From a virus (lineage: Duplodnaviria > Caudoviricetes): 64,000 bases of DNA. The notes beneath the pieces were generated by a model, which ran no database searches, had not been told where the DNA came from, and saw only the letters and a list, made by a program, of their open reading frames with translations. The translations under genes were made by a program, and so were the position numbers. The DNA lies in IMG/VR virus record IMGVR_UViG_3300033067_000884, positions 5,650 through 69,649 of that record; one strand, written 5' to 3'. Positions 7,875 to 16,720 of this stretch are shown in pieces. Each line of letters opens with the position of its first letter. The first letter of the stretch is position 1.

Positions 7875-8878
7875 TTCCACTCCCAATCTAAGTCAAACGA
7901 CTCCGGCAGCACATACGACTGTAGTGCCTGAATAGTTGATGCTATTGTAGCATAGCCGGACAACCTATCACCCACGCGTGCATTCAATTCCCGGCACTCA
8001 TCCATGTTATGCTGATTAATCGCCGGAACAAGTCGGTCAAGCACCTCGCTATATGACCCAAAGATACTCATGAGATACTTCACCGTCGCCGACTGACCCT
8101 CAGCTTCGACAACATCCATGATATGCCCGCACACCGCACTGGCAGCAGTAAACATCAGCCGCGCCACTTGCTCGGTTTGCACCAGTGCCTGAGCGGGCAG
8201 CGTGCGATACTCAAATGTCCACAGGTCAGTGTTCACCCGACACATACCGGCGCTGCCATATAACGCCATTCGCTGTAATGCCTGCGGGCTTGTGCAGAGG
8301 AAGCCCGATGCCGTGCCCAGCACACTATCCATCGCAGCGATGGTGTACGTCAGCAGGGCGTTATCCGAGATGATCTTCTCGCCCACTTGCACATGAATAT
8401 GCCCGCCGCTTGTGCGAAATGGATACTGCTTCGGGTCAGGTCGATCAGGAATCTCAACGCTGTCGTAGACACAGAAGTCCGGCGCACAGCCCAAGATTTG
8501 CAGCGAACACTTCTTCCCAAACTCCGGCGGCAGACGATCAATGTACGCCATATCCGCCGGGAAGTGTGGTTCAACAGTGAGCTTGACACCACGCGCTGCA
8601 AGGAGATTGCGCGTAGCTTGCAAGTTACCGCGAAGGTTCGTCACCATCGTCTCCACGTCGCTGGTCGGGGTCAGCGTAAACTCTACCGCCATACCATCAG
8701 GCGTTAGTGTGCCATGCGGCAGCACAATATCCGGATGATCGACGTTCTGAACGCCCATGGCATAGTACGCCGGGATAGGCAGGCCCAGCAATCGATCTTC
8801 GAGACCGTACTGCCGAAGAATGCTATCCGACTCTGCGACGGCTACCAGCTCCGGGTCACTGCCAAGTGTAGGATACAT
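7871..8878 (-). CDS. phiEco32-like COOH-NH2 ligase type 2
   Basis: LGSDPE, DGMAVEF, GCAPD, RTSGGHIH, YGSAG..R and EYRTL motifs of the PF14395-type family. Confidence 0.9.
   Translation of the reverse strand: MYPTLGSDPELVAVAESDSILRQYGLEDRLLGLPIPAYYAMGVQNVDHPDIVLPHGTLTPDGMAVEFTLTPTSDVETMVTNLRGNLQATRNLLAARGVKLTVEPHFPADMAYIDRLPPEFGKKCSLQILGCAPDFCVYDSVEIPDRPDPKQYPFRTSGGHIHVQVGEKIISDNALLTYTIAAMDSVLGTASGFLCTSPQALQRMALYGSAGMCRVNTDLWTFEYRTLPAQALVQTEQVARLMFTAASAVCGHIMDVVEAEGQSATVKYLMSIFGSYSEVLDRLVPAINQHNMDECRELNARVGDRLSGYATIASTIQALQSYVLPESFDLDWEWK
7944..7965 (-). promoter_or_regulatory. GGTWGTCC promoter copy 5 (intragenic)
   Basis: GGTTGTCC GGCTATGC TACAAT, about 70 nt upstream of the next start. 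Confidence 0.75.
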
Positions 8879-10383
8879 TAGTGTAGTCCTCCTGATAGAA
8901 TCATCTCAGTTGAGATTGAAATCGGTTCTTCCTTCTTTGTTGCGTACAACAATACACTCTCGCCCAGTTTATCCATATCAAAGTGTGAGCGTACAACAGC
9001 CGGGGGCAACTGCCCGATCAAACCCAACATATACGGCACCCACTTTGTCATGACATAGTTCGGATTATTGATGTTACCTTCCGGGTCAAGCATTCGAGTG
9101 AACTTAGGATCGAGAAAAAACATACCCACCGAGAATAATGCGTCATGCGCCGATGCGTCATAGCCCGCCTTAACATGGTGGTTCCACCAGTTGATCATAT
9201 AGGTGCTTACTGGCGTAAACGGCTTGATGTATTTTGTCTCATCCTCAGCACTCGTCGGGCACAACATCTGTGAGAGAATATCAAACTCCTTTAACGTCAC
9301 GCGGCACAGAAACAACGCCGGGCTTGGGCGCTCATACGCGTCCTCATACCCCAGGATTGACGCTGCCCAATACGCCGACAACTCACTGCGTAATGGAGAT
9401 AGCTTCCCCGCAAGATACTGCCATAGCAACCTACGTCGCTTCATTGTCAGTTCTTCGGTATTCGGCTCATTCACCCCCAGTACGACCGGCTTTGTCGGGC
9501 GCGGTGTTGTCACGGGCGGCGCAATAACGAAGCGTTGGTTGCTCTCTCCAAGATCATCGCTTGCGTTTCTTACGCTTACGCTTGTACTGGGGGTTTGGGT
9601 TTTTGGGGCTGTATTGCTCCATACCACGGTAGATGTCTGCGCCTGAACGTGTTTTGGGTCGATGTCCGATACGACCACCTCCCCAGCACCTAGCGGGAAC
9701 CGCAATAGCTTGTTATCAGCAATCGGATAAGGCACGCGATCATTCTCTATGCCATGCACCGCTGCTAGATACGCTTTTGCAAACGCCAGCGCCTTGATAT
9801 TGGTATGAACAAGATACCCATTCCCCACTTCCAACGCCGCCAGTGTACGTGTCTTGCCCCGCAACGCATAAACATGATCGCGCCAGTGCAACATCACCGC
9901 GTAGTGACTGTCATCTTGAAACTGCCCTAGCCACTCGTTGATTAGGTCAGCGTCAATATCATCGGTATGTCGCTCCGCCATCATCGTAGCCAGGATAGAC
10001 AGCGCCCGATACGAATCAGTGTTCGGTGTACCCTGGTTATACACATATTTCGTACCACTGAAATAGCCATTATGCACAGCAATCAGGGTCTCTCCGTTCA
10101 CATCGAAGTGATACGGGTGATTCTCAATACGCGTACGTCCTGTACCGCCACTTGCCTTGCGCAAATGACTGATGATGAATTTGCGCTGGTTTACCCGTCG
10201 TAACCAGATGGGTGTATCCTCGAAATACCAGTCTGACCCGCGCCAGGTGTTCTCGGTGTCCGTCACACCCCAGCCATCTTTCTGCCCAAGCTCATCATGA
10301 CTGGTGCGCAACATCAGTTCATGAACGAGTTGTGCTTTCGGTATGCGGACATCCGTGAATGTCGCAAGGCATAGTCGGCACAT
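8878..10383 (-). CDS. class II glutamine amidotransferase with long C-terminal extension
   Basis: MCRL, SHLRKAS, HPY, HNG, TDS; T/P-rich linker then about 190 aa of unknown domain. Confidence 0.85.
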   Translation of the reverse strand: MCRLCLATFTDVRIPKAQLVHELMLRTSHDELGQKDGWGVTDTENTWRGSDWYFEDTPIWLRRVNQRKFIISHLRKASGGTGRTRIENHPYHFDVNGETLIAVHNGYFSGTKYVYNQGTPNTDSYRALSILATMMAERHTDDIDADLINEWLGQFQDDSHYAVMLHWRDHVYALRGKTRTLAALEVGNGYLVHTNIKALAFAKAYLAAVHGIENDRVPYPIADNKLLRFPLGAGEVVVSDIDPKHVQAQTSTVVWSNTAPKTQTPSTSVSVRNASDDLGESNQRFVIAPPVTTPRPTKPVVLGVNEPNTEELTMKRRRLLWQYLAGKLSPLRSELSAYWAASILGYEDAYERPSPALFLCRVTLKEFDILSQMLCPTSAEDETKYIKPFTPVSTYMINWWNHHVKAGYDASAHDALFSVGMFFLDPKFTRMLDPEGNINNPNYVMTKWVPYMLGLIGQLPPAVVRSHFDMDKLGESVLLYATKKEEPISISTEMILSGGLH

Positions 10384-10386
10384 GCA

Positions 10387-11457
10387 TTAACCCCCTCGTA
10401 TAAGTAACTTGAACGCTTCGGATCGGTCATCGCGTTGATCCCTATTTGAGATCGTCATCACGCCGGTTGATGGAAGATTCAGCACCGGCTGACTTGGATA
10501 ATGGGACAGCAAGTTCTGTTGCGCACAGCCCTTCTGCCAGTTCTCTCCCCAGAGTTGACTCACATCCATGTCAAGTAGGTTATTCACCCAGTCAACATCA
10601 ACCTTGGGCGCACTGCCCAGCACAAAATCAAAGTCCGGCAACTGCCGCTTCGCAGCAAGCTGATGGACATGATACACGAAGTCTACCAATATATCGAAAT
10701 ACTGATACAGCCCGTCAAATACGCGCCACTCAATTGTGCCGGTGCGTAGAATTGACGCAATGTTCAGTCCGTGCAAACGATGCGGCATGTAATGCTCTAG
10801 CCCACTCGACCAATACTGATCGAGTCTGCCCCACGCCGCAACGAACTCGCTGGCACTGGTAGCCGCCACAAGATCGGGCCAACGAACCAGCGGCCCTACT
10901 TTTGACCCCCACTGCACGCCAATCGGCGCCGAGAGAGGACGAGCAAACTTGTGATCATTCGGGCTGCCTTGATATGACCGGCAACCACGATGCAATGCTC
11001 CGCCACACGCCACGCGATAGATGATCGCTTCTAGGGCCTTGAACCAGATGCACAGATGCTGGACATCCTTCCATGACTCATTGTTTGCATCGACATGCAC
11101 ATGGATGCTTGTGCGCGGGTTCTGTGGCGTTGTGCTAAAGAAATACGCCAGCTTCTGGGAGATCGGTCTGAACTCCTCAAACGTATACGGCTCGGTGATA
11201 ATCTCCAAACCATACGGCTGCTGCTGCTTCATGCCCGCGCTCAATATAGGCGCGCCGCGCTCTGTCTCTTGCGGGATGACTGGCAGTGTCCCGGCCAGAT
11301 ATGTATGATCACGCACGCTACCATCATTATGAAGATGGAAACGCAACCAGGGCTTGAGACCATCGGTTGCGTTTGTGCCTAGTCGAAAGAATTCCAGCTC
11401 ACTGCCTACAGTGGTCTGCATGTTAATCGGCATAGTTGCCACCTTGTAGAAAGACAC
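10387..11457 (-). CDS. putative amidoligase (glutamine synthetase-like fold)
   Basis: TVGSELE, DGSV, EIIT, TSIHVHV, GLN and GTIEWR motifs of the PF12224-type family. Confidence 0.88.
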   Translation of the reverse strand: MSFYKVATMPINMQTTVGSELEFFRLGTNATDGLKPWLRFHLHNDGSVRDHTYLAGTLPVIPQETERGAPILSAGMKQQQPYGLEIITEPYTFEEFRPISQKLAYFFSTTPQNPRTSIHVHVDANNESWKDVQHLCIWFKALEAIIYRVACGGALHRGCRSYQGSPNDHKFARPLSAPIGVQWGSKVGPLVRWPDLVAATSASEFVAAWGRLDQYWSSGLEHYMPHRLHGLNIASILRTGTIEWRVFDGLYQYFDILVDFVYHVHQLAAKRQLPDFDFVLGSAPKVDVDWVNNLLDMDVSQLWGENWQKGCAQQNLLSHYPSQPVLNLPSTGVMTISNRDQRDDRSEAFKLLIRGG

Positions 11458-12091
11458 GTTCCATATACGTCAGGAACTGATTATGCCCTAGCACCTCAGG
11501 ATGCCACTGCACCGTCAACGCGTCACTATATAGCACCGCTTCTACCGTCGTATCCTTCGCCCGTGCTAATACAACGCCGCCCTCCGGCATCTGCTTAATC
11601 GCTTGGTGGTGCATAGAGTTCACGTTCACGATATGCTGTGATTGTAACACACGCGGACTACCGTTCGGCGTCGATCTCATCAAGTCCACGAAGCCGCTGG
11701 ACACAGCGTCATCAGTCATATAGATCGGATGCTGCCACGAATGCCCGGCCCCGACTTGGCGACTGATATCCTGATACAGTGTGCCTTTCCGCTTTGCTGC
11801 GATGAACTGATGCCCACGGCAGATACCCAGCATCGGCACATGCAGTTCCAACGCAATGTCATATAGACGGCTTTCCCACTTATCACGCTGCTCAGAGAAG
11901 CTAGAGTATAGGTTCTCCTCGCCGTACATCGCCGGGTTGATGTCGATGCCGCCTTCGAATAGGATAATACAATCCCCACCCGACATCAGCGTGCGCAGCT
12001 CATCATCCGACGCATTACGCCGAGGGAATACATTGGCAATGCCCTCAGCATGAGAAAAGAACATGCCACCGCAGCTATTGATTACCCGCAC
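11423..12091 (-). CDS. peptidase C26 / class I glutamine amidotransferase (PuuD-like gamma-glutamyl hydrolase)
   Basis: EGGIDINP, GICRG nucleophile, NSMHHQ, QWHPE; GTG start after SD AAGGAG. Confidence 0.9.
   Translation of the reverse strand: MRVINSCGGMFFSHAEGIANVFPRRNASDDELRTLMSGGDCIILFEGGIDINPAMYGEENLYSSFSEQRDKWESRLYDIALELHVPMLGICRGHQFIAAKRKGTLYQDISRQVGAGHSWQHPIYMTDDAVSSGFVDLMRSTPNGSPRVLQSQHIVNVNSMHHQAIKQMPEGGVVLARAKDTTVEAVLYSDALTVQWHPEVLGHNQFLTYMERVFLQGGNYAD
11641..11662 (-). promoter_or_regulatory. GGTWGTCC promoter copy 6 (intragenic)
   Basis: GGTAGTCC GCGTGTGT TACAAT. Confidence 0.75.
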
Positions 12092-12902
12092 TTGGCGCTC
12101 CTTGATATTCTGCAAACACCGGCCGTAACGCATCGATGGTTCGATACCGGCTAATACGCGATTCTAGCTCTTCCTGGGTATCGATCCAGTTTATCCAACT
12201 CACACGCCGGAACACAGACAGCGGCCCGACTTTATGCTGCAACATCTTGCTGGCAATAGAGTCGGTGTTGTCGCCAATACGCAGTGCTTCCCACATTGCC
12301 AGATGCTCAGTATCTCCCCGGCGCTTGACCAGCGTATTAGCATCTTTCCAATCATAGCGCTTCTGCGTGGGCGATAGATAGCCGCCCGGACCTTCGGTCA
12401 TTGCAAGGCGCTGTAGGTAGATCGAGAAGTAGAACGCGTACGGGACATGATAATCGCCGCGCATCTTGATCGTGGGCATATCTCGCCCTGTAAGCTCATG
12501 CGGGTACACGCCCTGCGAGAACTCAATCGTCGGGAACTTGCGGACGAGCTTGCTAATGATCAGCGGAACACTATGATCGCGCATCCACTCATACGTCGCA
12601 AACGCACTGCCCACTGGGATGCGAGGTAGTGTAATCGCCTGAACGGACTCGTTCTCGAACCGCAGGTCATTCAGGCGATTATTGATCCAGACATGCCATC
12701 CCCATTGAACAGCCGCACCATAGATTTCGGCAGTAGGGGTCGGCAGACGATCAATCACGGCGTTATAGTCCGTGGCAAGCAACCGCATCATCCCGCCATA
12801 GGACACATCGCGGCAGTAGTTACTAGTCATCGGCACACGACGCTCAGGGATATCCGCGCCGGTAACTTTCCAACTCGAATAAAATGACGCTGGCACATTC
12901 AC
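12075..12902 (-). CDS. hypothetical protein of the amide-ligase cluster
   Basis: 275 aa between the ATP-grasp and C26 genes; SD AAGGAG; YCRDV motif. Confidence 0.75.
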   Translation of the reverse strand: MNVPASFYSSWKVTGADIPERRVPMTSNYCRDVSYGGMMRLLATDYNAVIDRLPTPTAEIYGAAVQWGWHVWINNRLNDLRFENESVQAITLPRIPVGSAFATYEWMRDHSVPLIISKLVRKFPTIEFSQGVYPHELTGRDMPTIKMRGDYHVPYAFYFSIYLQRLAMTEGPGGYLSPTQKRYDWKDANTLVKRRGDTEHLAMWEALRIGDNTDSIASKMLQHKVGPLSVFRRVSWINWIDTQEELESRISRYRTIDALRPVFAEYQGAPSAGNQ

Positions 12903-12905
12903 TCC

Positions 12906-13730
12906 TTACTGTACAAATGTACGAAAATATTCCCTATACGCCTCATACGTTGAGGGCATATCATGTGGTGTTGACCCATCATCATCGCGCCGACTAATTC
13001 CCGGCGCTGAATTGATCTCGAAGATGACCCATTCGCCATTACGCGTCAGGGCCATATCTAGCGCGCCAAAATCGAGTCCACACGCGTTGGTCGCGGCAAT
13101 CGAAATCTCACGCGCCCTCTGCGCAAGCGCATCACCAACAAGCGTTGAGATGGAGCGGGCACTGAATCGCGCTCCATTATCGTAGTTACGTACAAGTACG
13201 CGGCTACCTGTCGGAATGTATTTAATCTGCTCACATATGACCCGGCCCCCGGCGACATGAATGCGAATTTCGTGTGCTTTCGACACAACCTGTGAATAGA
13301 AATCAAATCGCTGATCGGGCCGCGGTAAGACACCGCGATCCATAACCTCAATTCCAGCGCCACCTGTAAGTCCGTCTTGACGTGCAAGATATTTCCCTCG
13401 CTGATAAAATGGCCGCCGATCATCGGGCAGCACAATTGTCGGGTCTGTCACAACACGCGGTATCGGCAGATTCGCAGCGCGCAACGCATCAAAGGTACGC
13501 ATCTTCCGTACGCTTCTGCTAATATCTGCATTTAGTATACGCGATGTGGACAACCGCATACCCGGTGTTCGGCTTAACATCTGCGGCCCACAACCCCAAT
13601 TAACATTCACAGTCATTGTCCCACGTCGCGCCCGATTACGCGTGGGGAAATCAGGGAACATCACCGACTGGCGTAACTCCCGCGCAATCGAACGAGCGAA
13701 CGTGGCGCGGGTGTGATAGATGTAAAACAT
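12906..13730 (-). CDS. ATP-grasp (RimK-like) ligase
   Basis: K(x)R motif with GGAGI, EIRIHV, DFGALD, EINSAPG. Confidence 0.88.
   Translation of the reverse strand: MFYIYHTRATFARSIARELRQSVMFPDFPTRNRARRGTMTVNVNWGCGPQMLSRTPGMRLSTSRILNADISRSVRKMRTFDALRAANLPIPRVVTDPTIVLPDDRRPFYQRGKYLARQDGLTGGAGIEVMDRGVLPRPDQRFDFYSQVVSKAHEIRIHVAGGRVICEQIKYIPTGSRVLVRNYDNGARFSARSISTLVGDALAQRAREISIAATNACGLDFGALDMALTRNGEWVIFEINSAPGISRRDDDGSTPHDMPSTYEAYREYFRTFVQ
13534..13555 (-). promoter_or_regulatory. GGTWGTCC promoter copy 7 (intragenic)
   Basis: GGTTGTCC ACATCGCG TATACT. Confidence 0.7.
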
Positions 13731-13796
13731 TATAACGCCTCTGTGGATACTTCTTCCACGGTAATCCTCAACACAACGATCTCGCAGTTGCGTATC

Positions 13797-13973
13797 TTAT
13801 ACACCGGTCTCCTTCCGACATACAGTACAGCGCCGCTTTGTGCCCTTACCACATAGATTATGCAGCCGCCGATTGGTGCCGTACTGCTTGTCCTGGAACG
13901 CGTGAACACATGTACATGACGCCACGACTGTTCCATACTTCGCTGTAGACTTGCTTGCTTTCCCCTCAGACAT
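13797..13973 (-). CDS. small Cys/His-rich (zinc-binding) protein
   Basis: CTCVH...HNLC...CTVC; start moved to MSEGK. Confidence 0.65.
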   Translation of the reverse strand: MSEGKASKSTAKYGTVVASCTCVHAFQDKQYGTNRRLHNLCGKGTKRRCTVCRKETGV

Positions 13974-14003
13974 TGTGTACTCGCTTTCTATAATTGTGCA
14001 TAG

Positions 14004-14025
14004 AGTATAACACACAAGGACTACC
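14004..14025 (-). promoter_or_regulatory. GGTWGTCC promoter copy 8
   Basis: GGTAGTCC TTGTGTGT TATACT. Confidence 0.8.
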
Positions 14026-14401
14026 GCCTGCGGTCTATTCTACGTTTCTGAAATGGTTTTGTTCTCTTACGAACTCTTGGAGGTCGTGGCGGTGTTTTCG
14101 GGGGTTCTACCTCAAACACTGATTTCATTTTCCACCACCCTATGCTGCTGCACTCAACGTCAGATGGGCCGGATATAAGCCAGTGCATCACCTCATCCTC
14201 AGTCAGAATACGCAACCCACAATGCCACACACTACAATAACCATCCATGCCACCATGTACATATGATTGTATACGTACCGTACCATAGTCCGGCTCATTC
14301 GGCACGTCGTATTTCTCTGTCACGATCCCCGGATGATAGTTACAATCTTCAACATAATCCCCGATTTGTATCTGGTCTAATTCATTGATAGGTGTAGGCA
14401 T
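14021..14401 (-). CDS. hypothetical protein with basic C-terminus
   Basis: Start moved to MPTPIN (SD GAGGA); the upstream ATG lies in a terminator. Confidence 0.7.
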   Translation of the reverse strand: MPTPINELDQIQIGDYVEDCNYHPGIVTEKYDVPNEPDYGTVRIQSYVHGGMDGYCSVWHCGLRILTEDEVMHWLISGPSDVECSSIGWWKMKSVFEVEPPKTPPRPPRVRKRTKPFQKRRIDRRR

Positions 14402-14414
14402 AGTATCCTCAAAC

Positions 14415-14452
14415 AAAAAAAAAGACCCCCGATACATTACTGCATCAGGGGC
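14415..14452 (-). terminator. intrinsic terminator
   Basis: CCCCTGATGCA-GTAA-TGTATCGGGGG stem followed by TC and T9. Confidence 0.85.
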
Positions 14453-14919
14453 GATTGTTCGCGCACATGTGGTAGAGCAAATTCCAGATTTGCTGACTGA
14501 AGGGTACGTATCCTTTCAATCAGCGATAAATCAAACCTCTCGAAGTCATAACTAACCGCGCCGGTTTCTTCGTTCTGAGTAAACTTGAGGCACCAGCGGT
14601 TTGTTACGCCGCGATAGCTCAAATCATCGGTTATCTGTACAACGACAAAGCGGCTATCAGCAATACGAACGCGCACATGTCCCTGCGGGACGTTCATATA
14701 GAGGCACTCATCCTCACCGACATCGTACTTATCGGACAAGCCGCCCAGGTCACCGTAGATAACATACTCGCCGGTCTCAACATTGGTCAAGCGAACACGC
14801 CCCTGAGCAGTGGGCGTATCTACCCAGTATAATGTATTCAGCTCGACGTATGTGCGGACAAGACTGAGATACACAAATGGGTTACGCACATACGCAAACA
14901 CTGGATGATCGTGTGACAT
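14437..14919 (-). CDS. hypothetical protein
   Basis: Start moved to MSHDHP, downstream of promoter copy 9. Confidence 0.7.
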   Translation of the reverse strand: MSHDHPVFAYVRNPFVYLSLVRTYVELNTLYWVDTPTAQGRVRLTNVETGEYVIYGDLGGLSDKYDVGEDECLYMNVPQGHVRVRIADSRFVVVQITDDLSYRGVTNRWCLKFTQNEETGAVSYDFERFDLSLIERIRTLQSANLEFALPHVREQSPLMQ

Positions 14920-14950
14920 ACTGTACTCACTTCTATAAGTATATGTACAC

Positions 14951-14972
14951 ACTATAACATAACTGGACTACC
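14951..14972 (-). promoter_or_regulatory. GGTWGTCC promoter copy 9
   Basis: GGTAGTCC AGTTATGT TATAGT. Confidence 0.75.
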
Positions 14973-15503
14973 GACTCCTGCTAAAGCTGCAATCTTTGCA
15001 GCATGCTCCCGTAGCTGCTCCATTGTCCCATCATTCGTAAATCGGTAATCAAATTCATAGTTATCCAGAGATGTTTCACTGACATGGTTTGGGTCTCTAC
15101 CGCCCGGCCCTGTTCTACTGCCGTCAATACGCACCATAATGCCGCCATATTGTTTGATCATATTAGCTTCATTAGGAAAGCGCACATCGCTAATTGACCA
15201 ATTCTCCACGCCGTCATAATCAGCAAACAACGCCAGCACCCAAGCGTCGGTATGTAGTCCATTGCGTACTGCATCTGTACCTAGACGCTGCTGTAGTTCT
15301 CCTAACGTCATCCCCCAATCAACGAGCATCTCATCCTTCATTACGCGATTATACATCATATTCTCAGGTAAACCTGTAAGTATAGCGGCTACTTTCTTTA
15401 ACTTACCGGCGAATATCTTCGGTTCAAACGCGTAATGTATATATAGCAAACGGGCAAGTTCAGTCTTGCCCGCTCCAATCTTACCGCTGATGCCTATGAT
15501 CAT
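14952..15503 (-). CDS. deoxynucleoside monophosphate kinase
   Basis: IIGISGKIGAGKT P-loop, LQQRLGTD..R, ISDVRFPNE, HVSE. Confidence 0.9.
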   Translation of the reverse strand: MIIGISGKIGAGKTELARLLYIHYAFEPKIFAGKLKKVAAILTGLPENMMYNRVMKDEMLVDWGMTLGELQQRLGTDAVRNGLHTDAWVLALFADYDGVENWSISDVRFPNEANMIKQYGGIMVRIDGSRTGPGGRDPNHVSETSLDNYEFDYRFTNDGTMEQLREHAAKIAALAGVGSPVML

Positions 15504-16030
15504 GTCAGTTCCTTTAATCTCTCCCAAAATAGCTGCCGGGCTGCTTCTGGCTGTAAACACGCAATCGTGACCTTCTCCCTCAAATCCGGCGCACCCTCAA
15601 GCTGTGTCCAATCCCCTATGTCACTCGGCATAAGTCTATCACGCTCTGGTAATAACATTGCCCCATCCACCTGTTTTACATCCAAAGGCATCGTTGCGGG
15701 TAATCCAAATTTGGCAGCGATACACTTCATCAGCGTATCCTCTATTTCATAATATCCAACAAGTAGCGGCTTTATAGGTCTCGGTACATCACATAGATAC
15801 GCTTCTGTTGCATCATGGAGTAAACCATATAACGCGTTCTCTGGCTTTACGAACCTACTGACATAGACGCTATGTTCGGCTACACTATAGAAGTCGGATG
15901 TATGACCATTATATCGACATTGCTGAGCCAGACTCCATACAATATCTTCGATACAAATCGTATCCGGGTCAGGGTCTAGCGGGTTTACTAATACGCCCGA
16001 ATGTGTAAGTATATGTCCTTTAATTATCAT
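15500..16030 (-). CDS. HD-domain 5'-deoxynucleotidase (YfbR/YfdR/DatZ-like)
   Basis: CRYNGH...YSVAEHS...LLHDATEAY..D. Confidence 0.88.
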   Translation of the reverse strand: MIIKGHILTHSGVLVNPLDPDPDTICIEDIVWSLAQQCRYNGHTSDFYSVAEHSVYVSRFVKPENALYGLLHDATEAYLCDVPRPIKPLLVGYYEIEDTLMKCIAAKFGLPATMPLDVKQVDGAMLLPERDRLMPSDIGDWTQLEGAPDLREKVTIACLQPEAARQLFWERLKELT

Positions 16031-16356
16031 TCTGTATCAGCTTCCGTTTCACTGATGTCCCACTTCGCTACCGCCCGACTAATCTTATACGTACCCGGCT
16101 GTGTTGGTCTACTCTCCGGCGCAGCTTCTACTGCGCTATCTTCCCACACCTCAAGCCCTTGTGGGCGAGTCTCAAGATAGTACCGCGTATATCGAACAAC
16201 GATGGCCCCGACGAGAATGATAACCACGACAATAAGAAGATAGTCTAATCCTGTCATTTCTATATCCATCCCATTCTTATTAATACTAATAATGTCACAA
16301 CGCAACCTAGTAAGAAACCAATAATGGCTATGATCATGACTCACCCATATTTGCAT
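16027..16356 (-). CDS. single-pass membrane protein
   Basis: LLIVVVIILVGAIVV helix; true start probably internal. Confidence 0.6.
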   Translation of the reverse strand: MQIWVSHDHSHYWFLTRLRCDIISINKNGMDIEMTGLDYLLIVVVIILVGAIVVRYTRYYLETRPQGLEVWEDSAVEAAPESRPTQPGTYKISRAVAKWDISETEADTE

Positions 16357-16720
16357 ACGTTAAAGACGCCAGATGGTCAATAGCTTCGCGCAGCAGAGAA
16401 AACACCATAGTCGCCTCTACCCTACACATACCCATATATACCGACTTAGCTTCCGAGGATTCATCTACGAAGATAATGTATTTACCCAACGCATATGCAT
16501 ACCCGATTTCATTCGACAATCCGATACCACTAGGATTATCAAACTCCATATACCCAAATACAACATCTGCATCACGTATAGCTGCTAAATCCCACTCAGT
16601 ATATTCCTTTTCAGTTATAAGTCCATGTAATGACGGGTCGCTATACGTATGCGTGGGGACAACGCGTTTAACAACTTCTCTCCACCCATTACGCATACCG
16701 CCTGCTAAATACACTTTCAT
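16334..16720 (-). CDS. nucleoside 2-deoxyribosyltransferase-like protein
   Basis: KVYLAG, WDLAAIRDAD, SGIG..EIGYAYALGK. Confidence 0.85.
   Translation of the reverse strand: MKVYLAGGMRNGWREVVKRVVPTHTYSDPSLHGLITEKEYTEWDLAAIRDADVVFGYMEFDNPSGIGLSNEIGYAYALGKYIIFVDESSEAKSVYMGMCRVEATMVFSLLREAIDHLASLTYANMGES

Noticed and set aside
5396-13730. Higher GC of the ligase cluster as proof of recent horizontal transfer
   Set aside because: Spot checks gave about 55% versus 45% GC, but capsid and tail tube genes show the same bias and the cluster carries the phage-specific promoters, so expression-linked codon bias is sufficient
13730-13936. 68-aa minus-strand ORF
   Set aside because: Overlaps the better supported Cys/His-rich ORF 13797-13973 in another frame and has no SD
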